From assembly GCA_010909165.1 (NCBI GenBank), contig MU008173.1, forward strand, positions 1-64,000: a DNA stretch of 64,000 nt. The letters run 5' to 3'. Each line of letters opens with the position of its first letter. The stretch's first letter is position 1. This DNA comes from Anthoceros angustus. Lineage: Eukaryota > Plantae > Anthocerotophyta. The notes under the pieces are model-generated. The model was not told the origin of the DNA. It made no database searches and saw only the letters and a program-made list of their open reading frames with translations. A program made the position numbers and the translations under genes. Shown here in pieces: positions 11,753 to 24,400 of this stretch.

Positions 11753-14190
11753 ATGGCCCTTCGAGCCACTTCGAGGAGGATTGCCTCAGGATGTGCGCAG
11801 TTTTCTTCATCAAGACTTTCCAGCGCTTCTGCGGCGGAGTTAGATAGTGGAGCGGGTTCCGGGAGGTATGCCGCTGCCGTGACGCGGAGGCAGGAGAGGG
11901 TAGGGGAGGGAGATGAATCTGAGTATTCGAGGAATTGGAAGTTGCTGGGAGGAAGTGCTGCGTTGCTGGCCACGGGAGCTGGATCGTTGCTGGTGAGGGA
12001 GAGCAGGAGCGAGGGAACGCAGGAAATTAAAGTGCGGGAAGGCGATCCGGCGGCCGCTGTGCCCTTGGATGGGAAGAAGACGAAGTACATTCTTGGTGGT
12101 AAGCCTGCTTGTTAGTCCGTGCTGCAACTTGTCCGTATCGGTCCCTGTCTCTGACGTGTTGGCTAAGATATTGTGGTGCGGAAACTGAGCACATTTTTTC
12201 TTGACATCAGCTTCCTATCGCAAGCGTGTCTTCTTCAACTATGAGCAAAGGATGCGCATGCTGAGTCCTCCTGAAAAGGTAAATTTTTCTCGTCAACTCT
12301 AAGCCGCGTCTCTCATTGGACAGTAAACGGATGGCTGTTCGGTGACTGCCCTGCACCGCTTCTGCTGTGTATGCTGAAAGGTCTGCGCTCGGGGTAATTG
12401 CGTCGAATCTGTCAAAATCGCAGATCAGTTGACAAACTGGTCATTAATGTCAAGTGTGCATTTATCTGGAACCAGAAGAGGTTCTGAACGACGATTGCTG
12501 ACACGGGTGTCTTTGGGCTTTAGGTGTTCGAGTATTTCTCTTCTATCAAGAATGCAGAGGGGCAGTCATATTTCATGACCCCTGGTGATTTGATGAGAGC
12601 TGTGGTGCCGGTGTTTCCTCCATCAGAGTCGACTGTTATAAGGGAAGGGCATCTCAGTGGGGAGAGGCCTCCAGGAGAACTTTTTTGCCCGCCCTCCCCG
12701 TTCTTTATGCTTTTTGATACGAACGGAGATGGTCTTATATCGTTCCCAGAGTGAGTGATGCAGACCTACGTGACCAGAGCGTTTTATCTTCCATCTACCT
12801 GAAGACGGGATGTGCTGCCTGGGAAATCTTGCATATATGGCCTAGTCCAATGTGACTGATCAGTGTGACGTGGTTGTCGCAGGTATATATTCTTCGTGAC
12901 ATTGCTTAGTATCCCAGAGAGAAATTTCAAAACAGCATTCAAGATGTTTGATCTTGATGGGAACGGGTGAAGCTCCCAACAAGACCTGATAATCAGGTTG
13001 CTTTAGTTTGAATGATATTCTTGACTGTGAAACTCAAGTTGGGATCCTGGGCTTTTTACAGTACAATCGAGAGGAGTGAGTTCAAAAAGGTCATGGGAGT
13101 AATGCGGTCCCGCCATCGACAAGGTATTGCACAACGTGATGGTCGTCGAACGGGATTGGCAGTGCCAGACTCTGTGGAAAATGGCGGTCTGGTGGAGCTG
13201 TTCTTCGGACCGGATGGGACAGCTCGGTTGAGACATGAAGACTTTGAGGGGTTTTTGAAGGAACTGCATGATGAGGTTTGAAGCCTTCGGTTTTGCTTGT
13301 CTGCCTGTGCCTTTCGGTTGCTGTGTTTTAAGTAGAGTTGACCTTACTACAGTCTCTAAACAGTAGTACGGAAATTGCTTATTGCCTATTATAGTCACCT
13401 GTATGATATCATCTCATTTTGGGTGTCTGTTTCAGATCGTACGTCTGGAGTTTGCACACTATGACTTCAGGCAGACAGGAACCATCTCTGCCCGTGATTT
13501 TGCTCTTTCACTGGTTGCATCAGCGGATTTGACCTCGTTGAAAACTTTTCTCGATCGTGTTGATGGAATGGCATACAATCCAAAATTTGAGAATGTTCGA
13601 ATAACTCCAGAGGTAGGGACATTTTCCCTTGTTGGCTTTGAAAAATTGGATTTGGTCAGGAGAACTGCCAAATTCAAACGTTGGTGGTGAAGACTGTGAT
13701 TGCATGTATGTTTTGTGGATCTGAAAGGTGTATGGTGGGAATGGCAGGAGTTCCGAAAGTTTGCAGAGCTGAGGAAAAAGCTGCCCACATTGTCAGTGGC
13801 TTTAGACAGCTTTGGCAAATGCCATGGGCTGCTAACCAAGAAAGACTTCCAACGTGCTGCTTCTCAGGTACAGCCATGTCATACACTAGGAGGAGTGGCA
13901 TCTCAGGTCGATTTGTTTGCTCCATTAGTGGTTTGCTCACTCGCAGTAATGTGCAGGTGTGCAATGTGCCGGTGTCTGATGCTTTAGTGGACATCATCTA
14001 TCATGTGTTCGACCTGAATAATGACGGGAGCCTGAGCACAGAGGAGTTTGTGAAGGTCCTGCACCGGCGGCAGACGTATATTGCAAATCCTACAGAAATT
14101 GGCTTCATCAACATCTTCAAATGTTGGCGGACGTGCGCATCAGCATGCGGGACTCCTTGGGGCGAACTGTGGGCAGAGTCGACTGCATAA
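11753..14190 (+). CDS. MICU: Mitochondrial calcium uptake protein (MICU, EF-hand regulator of the MCU uniporter), 8 exons
   Basis: Arg/Ser/Ala-rich transit-peptide-like N-terminus, then exons spelling [29 protein letters not shown]...[25 protein letters not shown]...FDLDGNG/TIERSEF.../[10 protein letters not shown].../...[14 protein letters not shown]. Canonical GT-AG boundaries (e.g. 12098/12211, 12278/12524). Confidence 0.94.
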
Positions 14191-14307
14191 GGAGAGGCAG
14201 ATATTGGCTTCCTCAACATCTTCAAGTGTGGCGGACTTGGGCATCAGTATGCGGGGGGTCTCCCTGGAGCGAACTGTGGGCAGGGTCAACTGGTTGAGGA
14301 GGCAGAT
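14095..14307 (+). repeat. About 105-bp tandem duplication of the MICU C-terminal coding segment into the 3' UTR
   Basis: GAAATTGGCTTCATCAACATCTTCAAATGTTGGCGGAC...GAACTGTGGGCAG is repeated at 14199 as GATATTGGCTTCCTCAACATCTTCAAGTGTGGCGGAC...GAACTGTGGGCAG. Confidence 0.75.
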
Positions 14308-15340
14308 GTGTGCGCGAAGGAGAAGTCTTTCGCAGACATGATGCCCTGTATTTGTAGCGTTTCGGTCGGACGTCATGTGGTTCCGCGGGGTGAACCAGAT
14401 GCCCTGAATCTCTGGTCCAAGGTAATCCATATCCAACTCGTCGTTCGGCCAGGTCTGCGACACATGCTCGTCAGGCTTTGTCATGCAGCTCTTGACTGGA
14501 CTGACTTGTCTCTCCACATGGAGGTCGGCAACGACCTCGGTAAAACTCCAACAACTCTTGGAAAGTTCTCCAGCAATTTCTGTGAAGAGTCCAGGAGTTG
14601 GCGCAGTTTTGCCGCCTCTGTAATAAGATGTATAATGCAACTCGGGAAGGGTGTCACAGTCCACTTTATGCGAAGTCCGTCGATGCCGATGTGCAACTGA
14701 GCGTGACACACGAGGCGAGAACTGAGTCTGTATGCCTCGAGAAGAGTGGGAAAGCGCAGCGATTCAGAGAGAGCGTGACGTCCCCATGGTCAGCGAATGA
14801 TGACGCAGGCTGAGCGACACGTTAATGGTGAAGATTGTGGAGAGCAAAGCTTGTCGGATAGATGTTTGTCCAGGGAATCGGTCGCGGCACGATGACACAC
14901 GCAGGCCTACTTTGTTGCGGGGCAAACAAATTTGTGAGATTCCCAAGCCGCCTTGATTTCCATTTCCTGCAATGCGCAGATTCCCTCAAATATAACCGCA
15001 ACAGGCAACAGGCTACAGGCAACAGGCAACAGGAGGCTTTTCTGGCTGTGGCCACCGATTTGGCATATGTCATGACACACGCGCTCCAACAATAGCGGCA
15101 GGGTTGCTGCTGCTCCTGCAGCTCGCCGAGTGCCGCACATGCTCTTGCACACTCGCATCCCAGCCCCCTACGGACCGTGCTGCCGTGCAGTTTGACATCA
15201 AGCACTTTTGTGCACTGCGCGGACGAGGATTGGCGCAAACCCACTTCACAGCTTGATGCTTGATGCAGGGATTTCAGCAGCGTCATCAAGATCGTATGTG
15301 GGCGGCATCCTGCTCCTCGCTGTAGGCGACGCAAGGCCAA
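14140..15340 (-). other. Candidate unannotated spliced transcript convergent with and overlapping the MICU 3' end
   Basis: Minus-strand splice-like signals (TTGCAG|GAAATG...ACAAA|GTAGG near 14970-14907; CGCTCAG|TTGCAC near 14697; GAG|GTCGTT; TCGCAG|ACC). Two frames stay open across them. No family recognised. Confidence 0.25.
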
Positions 15341-15699
15341 CGCGGCCGCAGTCTGGCGGAAGATCGAGATTCATCGGGATTCGATCGCGATCGTAACAAG
15401 TTGAACAAGTTGCGTGCGGCTCCGCCTACCTTCCACCTCCCTCCACCGGCGTCACCCCGACTGGAAACACCCCGAGCGGCTGCTCAGGTGGAGCCGGAGG
15501 GAGCTCGCCACACCGAGCGAGCTCGAGCCTGCGCTGGAGTGTGCACTGTGCAGTTCCTGTGGGCGCAGACTGCAGTGCGAGTGGCACTGTTCATGGGCAG
15601 CGCCACCAGGAATACAAGTGGTGGGTGATCTGGAAAGGCACGACAAAGGAGGAGATGCTACGGGACAAGGCCAGGGAAGGTACCTACTACCACGACAAA

Positions 15700-16620
15700 A
15701 GGCCAGGGCAGTCGGGGCAGCGGGCTGCGGCCTGCGGCCTGCGGCCTGCAGGCAGGTCAAACATTCTCCCTTGCCTGCCTTGCCTGTGCTCGAGCTCTCG
15801 GCCTCTCTCTCCCTTCCTTGCCTTCTCTTTCCTTCGTCCTTCCCGGGCTTCCATCGTTTCTCTTTCCTCTCCGGCCTCTCTATCCTTTCCGTTGTTGGGC
15901 TCCCTTGCCTTGCCGTTCTTTTCCTTTCTGGCCTCCCGTTCTCTGCGCTTGTTGGCCTCCTTGCCTCGGCTTGCCCTCTCGCCTTGCCATCCCTTTCCTT
16001 TCTGGCCTGCCCCTGCCTCTGCCTCTGTCCTCTGCCCTCTGCCCTCTCCCCTCTGCCTCTGCCTCTGCCTCCCGTCCCCTCCAGTTATTATTATTCCAGG
16101 AATACAGTTGTGGGCTGTGGCGGCAGGGCGGAGCAGCAGGAGGTGGAGCCCGCCCCGAATGCCAGAGGCAGGGAGGCAGCGGCACAAGCGCGCACAGAGC
16201 CTGATGAGGTGAGTGGCGATGGTGCGAGGACGCGGCGTGGGCGCAGGTTGCCTGGCCTGCCGCGATTCCATTGCTCCCGCTCCCAGCTCGGCGCGCGCCA
16301 CGTCGGGGACGCCCGACGCCCGACGCCCGACGCCCGGGATAAGGCGACGCCTCGCAGCCAGAAGCCCGGGCGTAGCCTGACAGGCACCACTCCGCACCAT
16401 GTGGCGTCCCTCGGGGCCCGCACCCAGCCCCAGCCCCAGCCCCAGCCGTTTCGCGAAGTCCCAGCTCCGGCCTCGCCATCCCACTGTACTTGCGTCACCC
16501 CGGCCTCGGCCCTCGGGCTCCTGCAAACACCACACCTCATCATCGCCCGCCTTCATTCCTCGCGAAGGCCGCAAGCCGCAAACCGAAAGCCGCAAGCCGC
16601 AACCAGCTGCCCGCTACCGT
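15700..16620. repeat. GC-rich simple-repeat/low-complexity tract
   Basis: Runs of GCCTGCG, CCTCTG, CCCAGC, GACGCCC and CCGCAAG. These explain the long spurious ORFs on both strands. Confidence 0.6.
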
Positions 16621-17384
16621 CTTTTAATAGCCAAACCCTTTCACCTTCCCCCTCCCGTCTCTTCCCCGCTCAAGCACGCGCCGCTCTGGAACATCCAATA
16701 TCATAACCCGCTGCTCCTTGCACTATCATATATACTTTCCTTTGTTTTATACCATACATTTGTGGTGCTCAGTCGATATGGCCCTCTCCGGAGGGGCAAC
16801 AACCTGCCACCATCTTTCGTCACAAGCACAAACGCATGTGTGTGTACACCTCAAGGTACTTTTACTACTATTCTATGGGCACTTTATGCCTGCCCCTTCT
16901 TCCCCCCTGCCCCTTCCTTTCCCCAAGCATTTATTGCTCAGAATAGGACAAGTACAATACTCTGATAGCCGGAAACATCGCCTCATGTCTGGTGGTCTTA
17001 TTGTACCATTGTTTATGAGTAAAAAGTACATGTGCAATGACCCAGTCTCCCTCCTTGCTGTAAAACACTGTGCTTAGATTACATTAAAAAGGTCGGCGCA
17101 CCCTTAACTTGGATTATGAAACTCTACCCATCTATTAATAGTCCCTATACCATCACCGCCAGTACTCTACAAGTACAACAGACCAAGATTCTTGGAACCC
17201 TCTTGGAAGAATATTGTAAAGTAGTGTGGCATGTGTCAGCCACTTACGTTTCCATGTACCTAACACTTTCAACTTTAGGGTACTGTTCTAATATGAATCC
17301 TAAGGTGTGGGACAAGGACAAATTTATTTCTCTTCGTTCCGTTCCTTTGTGTTTTAGATCGAGATGCGGATGCATTTTTCTCCG

Positions 17385-17612
17385 AGTTTATTATTCATGC
17401 ATAGTGTGGAGCAATATATTTCTCATCCAAAGTGTTTATCGGTTCCAGCTACTGCACACCACTTCCAGCTGCTCCATAACACAAAGTATGTGCACGTGCA
17501 TCATTCGAGTTCATTATTCATGCATAGTATGGAACAATATATTTCTCATCACCAGCCTTACCAATTTCAGCTGCTGCACAGTACAAAGGATGTGCACGTG
17601 CATTATTCAAGA
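17385..17612 (+). repeat. Two-copy tandem duplication, about 120 bp
   Basis: TTATTCATGCATAGT(G/A)TGGA(G/A)CAATATATTTCTCATC...TGTGCACGTGCAT occurs twice. Confidence 0.7.
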
Positions 17613-19038
17613 GGATTGCCTGACTGCTGACTATATGTGTATTTAGGATTTGTTTGTTGATTGCTGATTGAATCTTCCCGGGTAGGAGAATTTCTGTTTC
17701 CCGCGTTCCATTACTTAGATTCGTTTGTAGATTGTCTATTGAATGTTCCATGGTAGGAGAATTTCCATCTCCTCTAGTTCATTCGAGAGGAATGACAGAC
17801 TTGGGACGTGGTAGGTACGAGGATTTTGTCTTTTGATTGAATGCTGTCGAGGATTTTGTCTTTTGATTGAATGTTGTCTAGCGGGAGAACGGAGAACTTA
17901 TTGGTTTCCCGAAAGTAACCAACCAAACCAATCTCATAGCTGATTCGTGACTGCACATGTATACTTAAGATTTGTCCTTCGATCGGATGATTCCTAGCAG
18001 TTCATCTCTAATTATGAAACCCAAAATTTTGAATAAAATTGATGAAGGTTGAAGACTCCGTAAGATATTTTTTTCAACGCCTGAAATTTATATACATTGA
18101 AAATAATAATGGTTGGACAAGGGTGTGAATTAAGGAGAGTACTTTTTGGGGAGCGGAGTTAAACACAACACAGCGCAGCAGAGGAAGGAGGGAGGGAGGG
18201 AGGAGAGGATGAATGAATGGAGGAGCAGAAAAAGAGGGGATAGCCATGAAAAGAGTAGAATAATATAGAAAAAGGCGCACCGATGGGGCCGCAAATGGCG
18301 GCTTTATGGGGCGCCAAGTTTGCAGCCACGCAAAAGGAGGCATATATTAGCTTGGGCCAGGCCCTTGATTTGCTCAAAGACACATGGGACCACCAAAGTG
18401 GAGCCTGGGCCGGCGGGTTGGGTCGGGTCTCGGGCTGGAGTTGGAGGCGGGCATGGGCTGGGGCTTGGGCTGGGGCTGGGGCTCGGGCTGGGGCTGGAGC
18501 ACGGGCAGCAGCAGCAGCGGGGCATACTGAAGGCGTCGGTCGGGCTCGGGCTCAGATCTGGTCCAGACTGCACTGCAATGCGGCCTGCTCCTCTCCCTGC
18601 CGCTGCAATGCGACCACAAATTGGCGGCGTCACCAGGAGCAGCAGAAGCAGCAACGGCGGCGGGCATGGAAGATAGGCAGCAGCAGCAGCAGCAGCTTCG
18701 CGGGGCCGGATCGTGGCAGCAATTGGGCGTCGCCCATTCCCGCGGCTCCGCGCGCCCCCTCCCTCTCGCATGAGCTGAGATGCGGCAGCGCCAGCACTGG
18801 CAGCCTTGGAAGCAGCAGCAGCAGCAGCAGGGAAGCGGGGCGAGTGGAGCGAGTGGAGCTACAGCAGAAGGAGGAGGAGGTAAAGGAACAGGGGCGGGAG
18901 TAGGAGTAGGAGCAGGAGCAGCACCGGGAGCTACAGGAAGCTGGGCGAGGCTGCAAGTGGGCCAGGTGGCAGGCAGCTGCAGCGCTGGCTCCGCTCCCCT
19001 GGGCAGTGAGCAATGTGAGGCAGCAGCGGGTGCGAGCC

Positions 19039-20175
19039 ATGTCGGATTCTGGGGACGAGGAGGCGCTGCGGCTGACGCTGTCGCCGCCGGGTTCCAGCTC
19101 CCGGCGCTGGGGCGCCTCCTCCTCGGGCTCCTCCACCGCCGCTGCCAGCTACACCGATGAGTCCCCGCAGGCAAATTCCCGCTCCCCACCTGCCGCTTCG
19201 CATTTGCAGCCAAGCTTGCATCCCGGCGTGCTGGAATTCGTCCCGTTCTGGGTCGCCCGTAGTGTCGGCGATGGGCGACGGGGCTGCGAGATTCACGTGA
19301 TTTTGGACGCGACTACGTGAATTGCGAGGGACATGTGGGACGGTGAGGCTGGGATTGTGTTCGTGTGTCCGTGTCTGATTGTTGTGGGCCCTGTGTGTGT
19401 GCGTGTGTGTGTTTGGCGGAGCAGGAGGGGAGAGGGAGTCGATCTTCCAGGAGGTCACAGACGTCGGCGGAGCAGTCTTCTGGGCCCAAGGATGACGAGA
19501 TTGATCCGCCCTTCGACTGGGCCACCAGTCGGCGGGCGGTGGTGCACTCGCTGGACGTCCTGGCGGGGGCCGGGATTCAGAGAATTGAAGGAGAGGTGAT
19601 GTGCAAGCGCTGCGACGGCCTCCAGATGGTGCCCGTCGATCTCGAGGTTGGTTAAGCTGCAAACTTCGAAGCCTGCGCAAGCCTGCCAGTGTCCTGTCCA
19701 ACTACTGTCTGCTGGCCTGCCGGTCTGTGAATGCAGCTGCAATACCTGCCACCTTGCAAGCTTCAAGCAGCCTTGCAGCTGCTTGTGGAAGCCTGGGACT
19801 GATCCACGCGCTTGCCTGGGGTGCTTGGGCTTGGATTGTCTGTAGGGCAATTTTGTTCAGATCAGCAGATATTTCCTGGCCAACAAGGGTTCCATGCACG
19901 ACAGGGCTCCCAAGATCTGGATGGTGCCGCGCCTGCTGGATTGCTCCATGTGCCACCAGACAGACTGCGTCAAGCCTGTCATCGATGGCCGCAAGCGCCA
20001 CATCAACTGGCTCTTCCTGCTTCTCACCCAGACCCTGGGCCTCTGCACTCTGGACCAGCTCAAGTATTTCTGCAAGCATAACCGCAGACACCGCACTGGG
20101 GCCAAGGACCGTGTCCTCTACCTCACATACGCTGGGCTTCTCAAGCAACTCAATCCCTCGGGACCCTATGACTGA
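19039..20175 (+). CDS. Plant-specific Cys-rich DUF7086-type protein, paralogue 1 (exons 19039-19170, 19425-19646, 19846-20175)
   Basis: LRLTLSPP N-terminal motif; IDPPFDWATSRRAVVHSL...EGEVMCKRC; MHDRAPKIWMVPRLLDCSMC...INWLFLLLTQTLGLCTLDQLKYFCKHNRRHRTGAKDRVLYLTY. All exons are phase 0; intron 1 uses a GC donor. Confidence 0.88.
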
Positions 20176-21469
20176 TCACCTCGTCTGCCCAACAGGCTTA
20201 AGACGAAGGATCCGGAGCTTCTGGGGGCCATCTCTCTGCATCTGCTACGTATGTATATCCCCACTTCAATGCTCTTGGGGCTATAGATATTATCATCAGG
20301 TGCACTTCCCCCGGGCCCCTGGGGCCCTCAAGCAACCTCTCGCCCTGCTGCTTCTTGGTACATGGGGAGACTAGGTCTTCTTCAGGCACCGGACATCTTG
20401 GTGATTTTCAACCAAACCAATGGCATTCTAGATTACTCACGCGCTCCTATCCTCCTTGTTTTGCTTTACTGGTTTACAGTTAGTTTACCGTTAGCCTTTT
20501 TCATCATTCTTGCTAGGAGGAACCTGGAACAGGGATGGAGCTTTTTCAAATTCCTAACTGCTCTTGTGAACATACTGCTCTTTGCGTTTGATTTGTGGTT
20601 TGATGCTTTTTATGCGTATAGTAATAGATCACGCTCGGGCGGTCCGGGACAGATTTGCGTGATTTATGCGCTTTTAGATATCTATACATTATAAAAGAGA
20701 ATATAAATATGTTTTTAATGATATTTTAATACAAATAATTTGCCAATATATTATAATATGAAGCTATAAGAACAATGACCTAACTAGATTCGATTCTGAC
20801 AACCATGTCAACCAGTTGATACTTTAAGGTATGATTATATATATTAAACAAGATGCTTGAAAATATACTAATATAAGCTGAATAAGACTGTATCAATACG
20901 ATATACTTGGAGACCTCGAGAGTTGAAACCTAGATAGTTAACTCCTATTCATATTCCATGCTAAATCAGAACCTTCGATAAAGTCGTCGTGAACACAGTC
21001 AATATTCTCTTCCATTAGCCGGCTACGTGGTTACCGAGTCACGAGTCATACATGTCAAAAATGGGGTACAAAATGAAGCCACCGCCTTTCCTCTAGGACT
21101 CCGCTAAACCTAGTATTATCCGACATTCGATAGGCAGCTAATGTGCCACCTGTGCCAAGTTAAACCTCACATGCTCACACAGCACCTCACCTGGCGGCAC
21201 TGTTGACTGCAGTGACAGCGTAGCTCAAAAGGTGAAGGTAAAAGGTAAAGAACAAAAAGCTGGCGCAAAGTGTCTGTTGTTTCAAACGCTCCAAAGGCCA
21301 CATGGTATTTATGTTTAGTGCAGAGTCACTGGCAGTTGGAACTCAATGGGCTCCGGACGTGTCTTGCGGTTACGTCGAAACTGTCTTGTCCGCAGGGTAA
21401 GTCGCACTGAAGTTGCTCATCGCCGGTCATCAAAACAGCAGATTAACCGTAAGAGTGGATAGGAAAACT

Positions 21470-24400
21470 TCAGCACTGGTAGCACTTGTCGAAGAAGCCG
21501 AACGTGTTGATTTCCCTAATGAATGTCGTCAAACTCGCCCATGATCCAATGATAAAACCCACAACCACCACCCAGATCACCACCAGGACGTTCATGCTGA
21601 AAATAAGTCTCCAGATTACTTCCGCAAATCGCGGGTGAATTTTAACGATGGAATCCTGCAGGACACGCAAGGGTCAGGTAACAGTGGAACCTGGAACTAA
21701 GGATAGCATGTACAGGCTGTGAGGAATATTCTTACATTTCGCATTTCGTGGCTCCTGAAGACTCTGTTGAAAACCACCGGAGGAATAACATATACCCCTA
21801 TGGACACCAACAGTGCTCCCATGACGGAGTTGATGGGCCCGAAGAAAGGGATAGCTATGGCTGCAAACCACACCAGAGCCAACACTGGAAGTCGCACGAG
21901 AATGCGAAGTCCGAAATTTCTAGTGTGCACCCTCGTAGCCTTCTCCACAACCAAGTAAACTGGATGAATAAACACCACAAACGCCATGAACTGCAACACC
22001 ACCATGGCTGTTAGATATCGTCACATTACCATAATGCATAAACCGTCCTGTCTGAACACAGGTTCGTTGTACGCCGACCTGGTGAATAAGGATGGATACA
22101 AGGGCCAGAGTGCGCCATCCGGAATAGGGCAGCACAGAGAAGGCATTCGAACGCTCCAGCAGACGGTCACCATATGCCCAATACACTGATGTGGCGCTGG
22201 GAATGGTCAGGGAGAGCGTGTACATGACTACGAAAACGTACACAAACTTAAACCGTCTTGGATGGTGCATCGCTTCCATAATCTCTCTGCACAGAAAGTG
22301 GCACAAACATCTCGCACCAGATGAATCAGCAAGCAGGACGGGCTATGGTACTTGTCCAGCAGCAATCCACAACAACAGTGGATTAAACCCCGCCTCAGGT
22401 TTTGCTGATCAGGATAAATCTCCTACAGTTAAGAGGGTGATTCACGCCTGACCCGCACGCCGGGGTCCGACAGGCAGAAAATAGCAGGTGACCTGCCGAG
22501 AGAGAGCGCGCCAGACAGCGCAAGAAGAGAGAGAAGGCAAGAGATGCCCGTCTACCGTGAGTTAAGGTCAAACATTCTCGACAGGTACTCCCGGCGGCAG
22601 AACTGGAGTCGCCTGACACACCCCCGCAATCGACGCACAGACACAGAGGCGGACAGCACGCCGCCCGATTCTGCAGCTCAGCGTCAGAGCTCGGAGCCGC
22701 GGGCGACACGTCCTCTTCCGCTGGGCTCTGAGTTGTCCCTAGTAAATATCATCTGTCACCACCCAGATCTACTTCACCCAACAGGAAACCCCTCTCGATC
22801 CGATGATGCTGTCGAAAGACAGCATCAATCATTCGAGCTCCCCAGGACCCCACCCCTTCGTGTGGTCGCCAAAGATAGGGCGACCTACATTCACTGCACG
22901 CTTTGGAGCACTGATTTAGTTAGTTACAAGCAAGCTCACATGCAGGGTTCCCCAGGGAGCCTAATGACTGCCGATTGCCCCACCCACAGCCATGTTCCTC
23001 AACCTTCCTACACAGCCCCTCATTTCTCTCTCTAGTTCCGTGAAACTAGCAGATGCCATGGACACGTCGACAGACACGTCTCCCATTATCCTGTTTGTGT
23101 TCCATTCACATGTGGACCCGATCTTGGCTCACAGTCAGACATGAATCCCCCCCACAGTCAACAGACAAATGCCTAATCTCCAAGGTTCCAGCCAGCCAGC
23201 AGCTTACAAATCAGACAACATGGTGAGATGTTTGAAGAAACGGGAACCTACATCGAACAGACTGCACTCACACTATGACGCTGGCAACATAGACAAACTC
23301 GCGACTCCCAGAAATAGAACGCCACTTCCAGCTCGTAACAGGTACAGGCAAGGGTCATGTGTAGGCATGTGGGGCGGGTGCCATGGAACCGCAAGCGAGG
23401 TACCTCCTAATAAACCTGCGTTAATTAAGGGGGCGCCACCGACAATTGGTGGCTGGCATTGGAGCGTTTTGCGTGAAGAGCAAGGACTTTGGACCGGCAA
23501 TAATCCCAAGAAGGCAGAAGAATCCATCCAAGCATGGGGAGCACTCCGAATTGGCACACTGTTGGAAGATGTCGGATTCGGGCGAGGACGAGGCTCTGAG
23601 GCTCACGCTCTCACCCCCCGGCTCCGCCAGCAGACGATGGGGAGGGGAGAGGGCTACCTCTTCCAGCTCCTCCACGGCAGTCGCTGCCAGCTACACTGAC
23701 GAATCTCCTCAGGTGAGGAAACTCCTGGATGGGTCGATTCGGGTCGCCTCGGGTTGGGTCGGCTCGGCTCATCTAGAAGTAACCGCTAGATGAAAGTTGG
23801 AGTTTCTTATTGCTAGTTCAATGAGATTGAAAAAGATGATGAAGCAAGAGTGAACTTCACCGACCACGGGAGCCCAGCCGTGTGTGAAGGATAGACATAG
23901 GAAAGGTTCTGGTCTGACTCAGGGGGATGAGAAAATCTCTGATCTGTGTCATCCAGATGGCGACCTGGCTGACTGAATTCATGATCCCGGGTTGTCATAA
24001 CAGGAAGGAAGGGGAGCCAGGCGGAGGTCGCAAACCACATCAGAGCCGGCGACAGGGCCAAAGGAGGAAGAGGTAGAGCCGCCATTTCCCTGGGCCACAA
24101 ATCGCAGAGCCACAGTGTATTCCTTGGAGGTCCTGGCCAGAGCCGGGATCCATAGGATTGAAGGGGAGGTGATGTGCAAGCGGTGTGACGGGCTTCAGAG
24201 GATTGACGTGGATCTAGAGGTTGGTTGAAACCTACCGTCTTATTTCCAAGGCACCAGTCATGATGCGATGGAAGAAAGGTCAAGGGTTATCTGTCTAATC
24301 GTAAACTCTTTGCTCAGGGCAATTTCGCCCAGATCAGCAGATACTTTCTGGCCAACAAGGATTCAATGCACGACAGAGCACCTAAGATGTGGATGGTGCC

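Noticed and set aside
15414-16706. 430-aa ORF and overlapping long ORFs
   Set aside because: Mostly simple-sequence repeats. A short plus-strand piece (EYKWWVIWKGTTKEEMLRDK) looks protein-like but could not be assigned or joined convincingly.
18283-19213. Long Ala/Gly/Gln-rich ORFs upstream of DUF7086 copy 1
   Set aside because: Low-complexity CAG/GGGCT runs, not conserved upstream of copy 2; likely 5' UTR or promoter.
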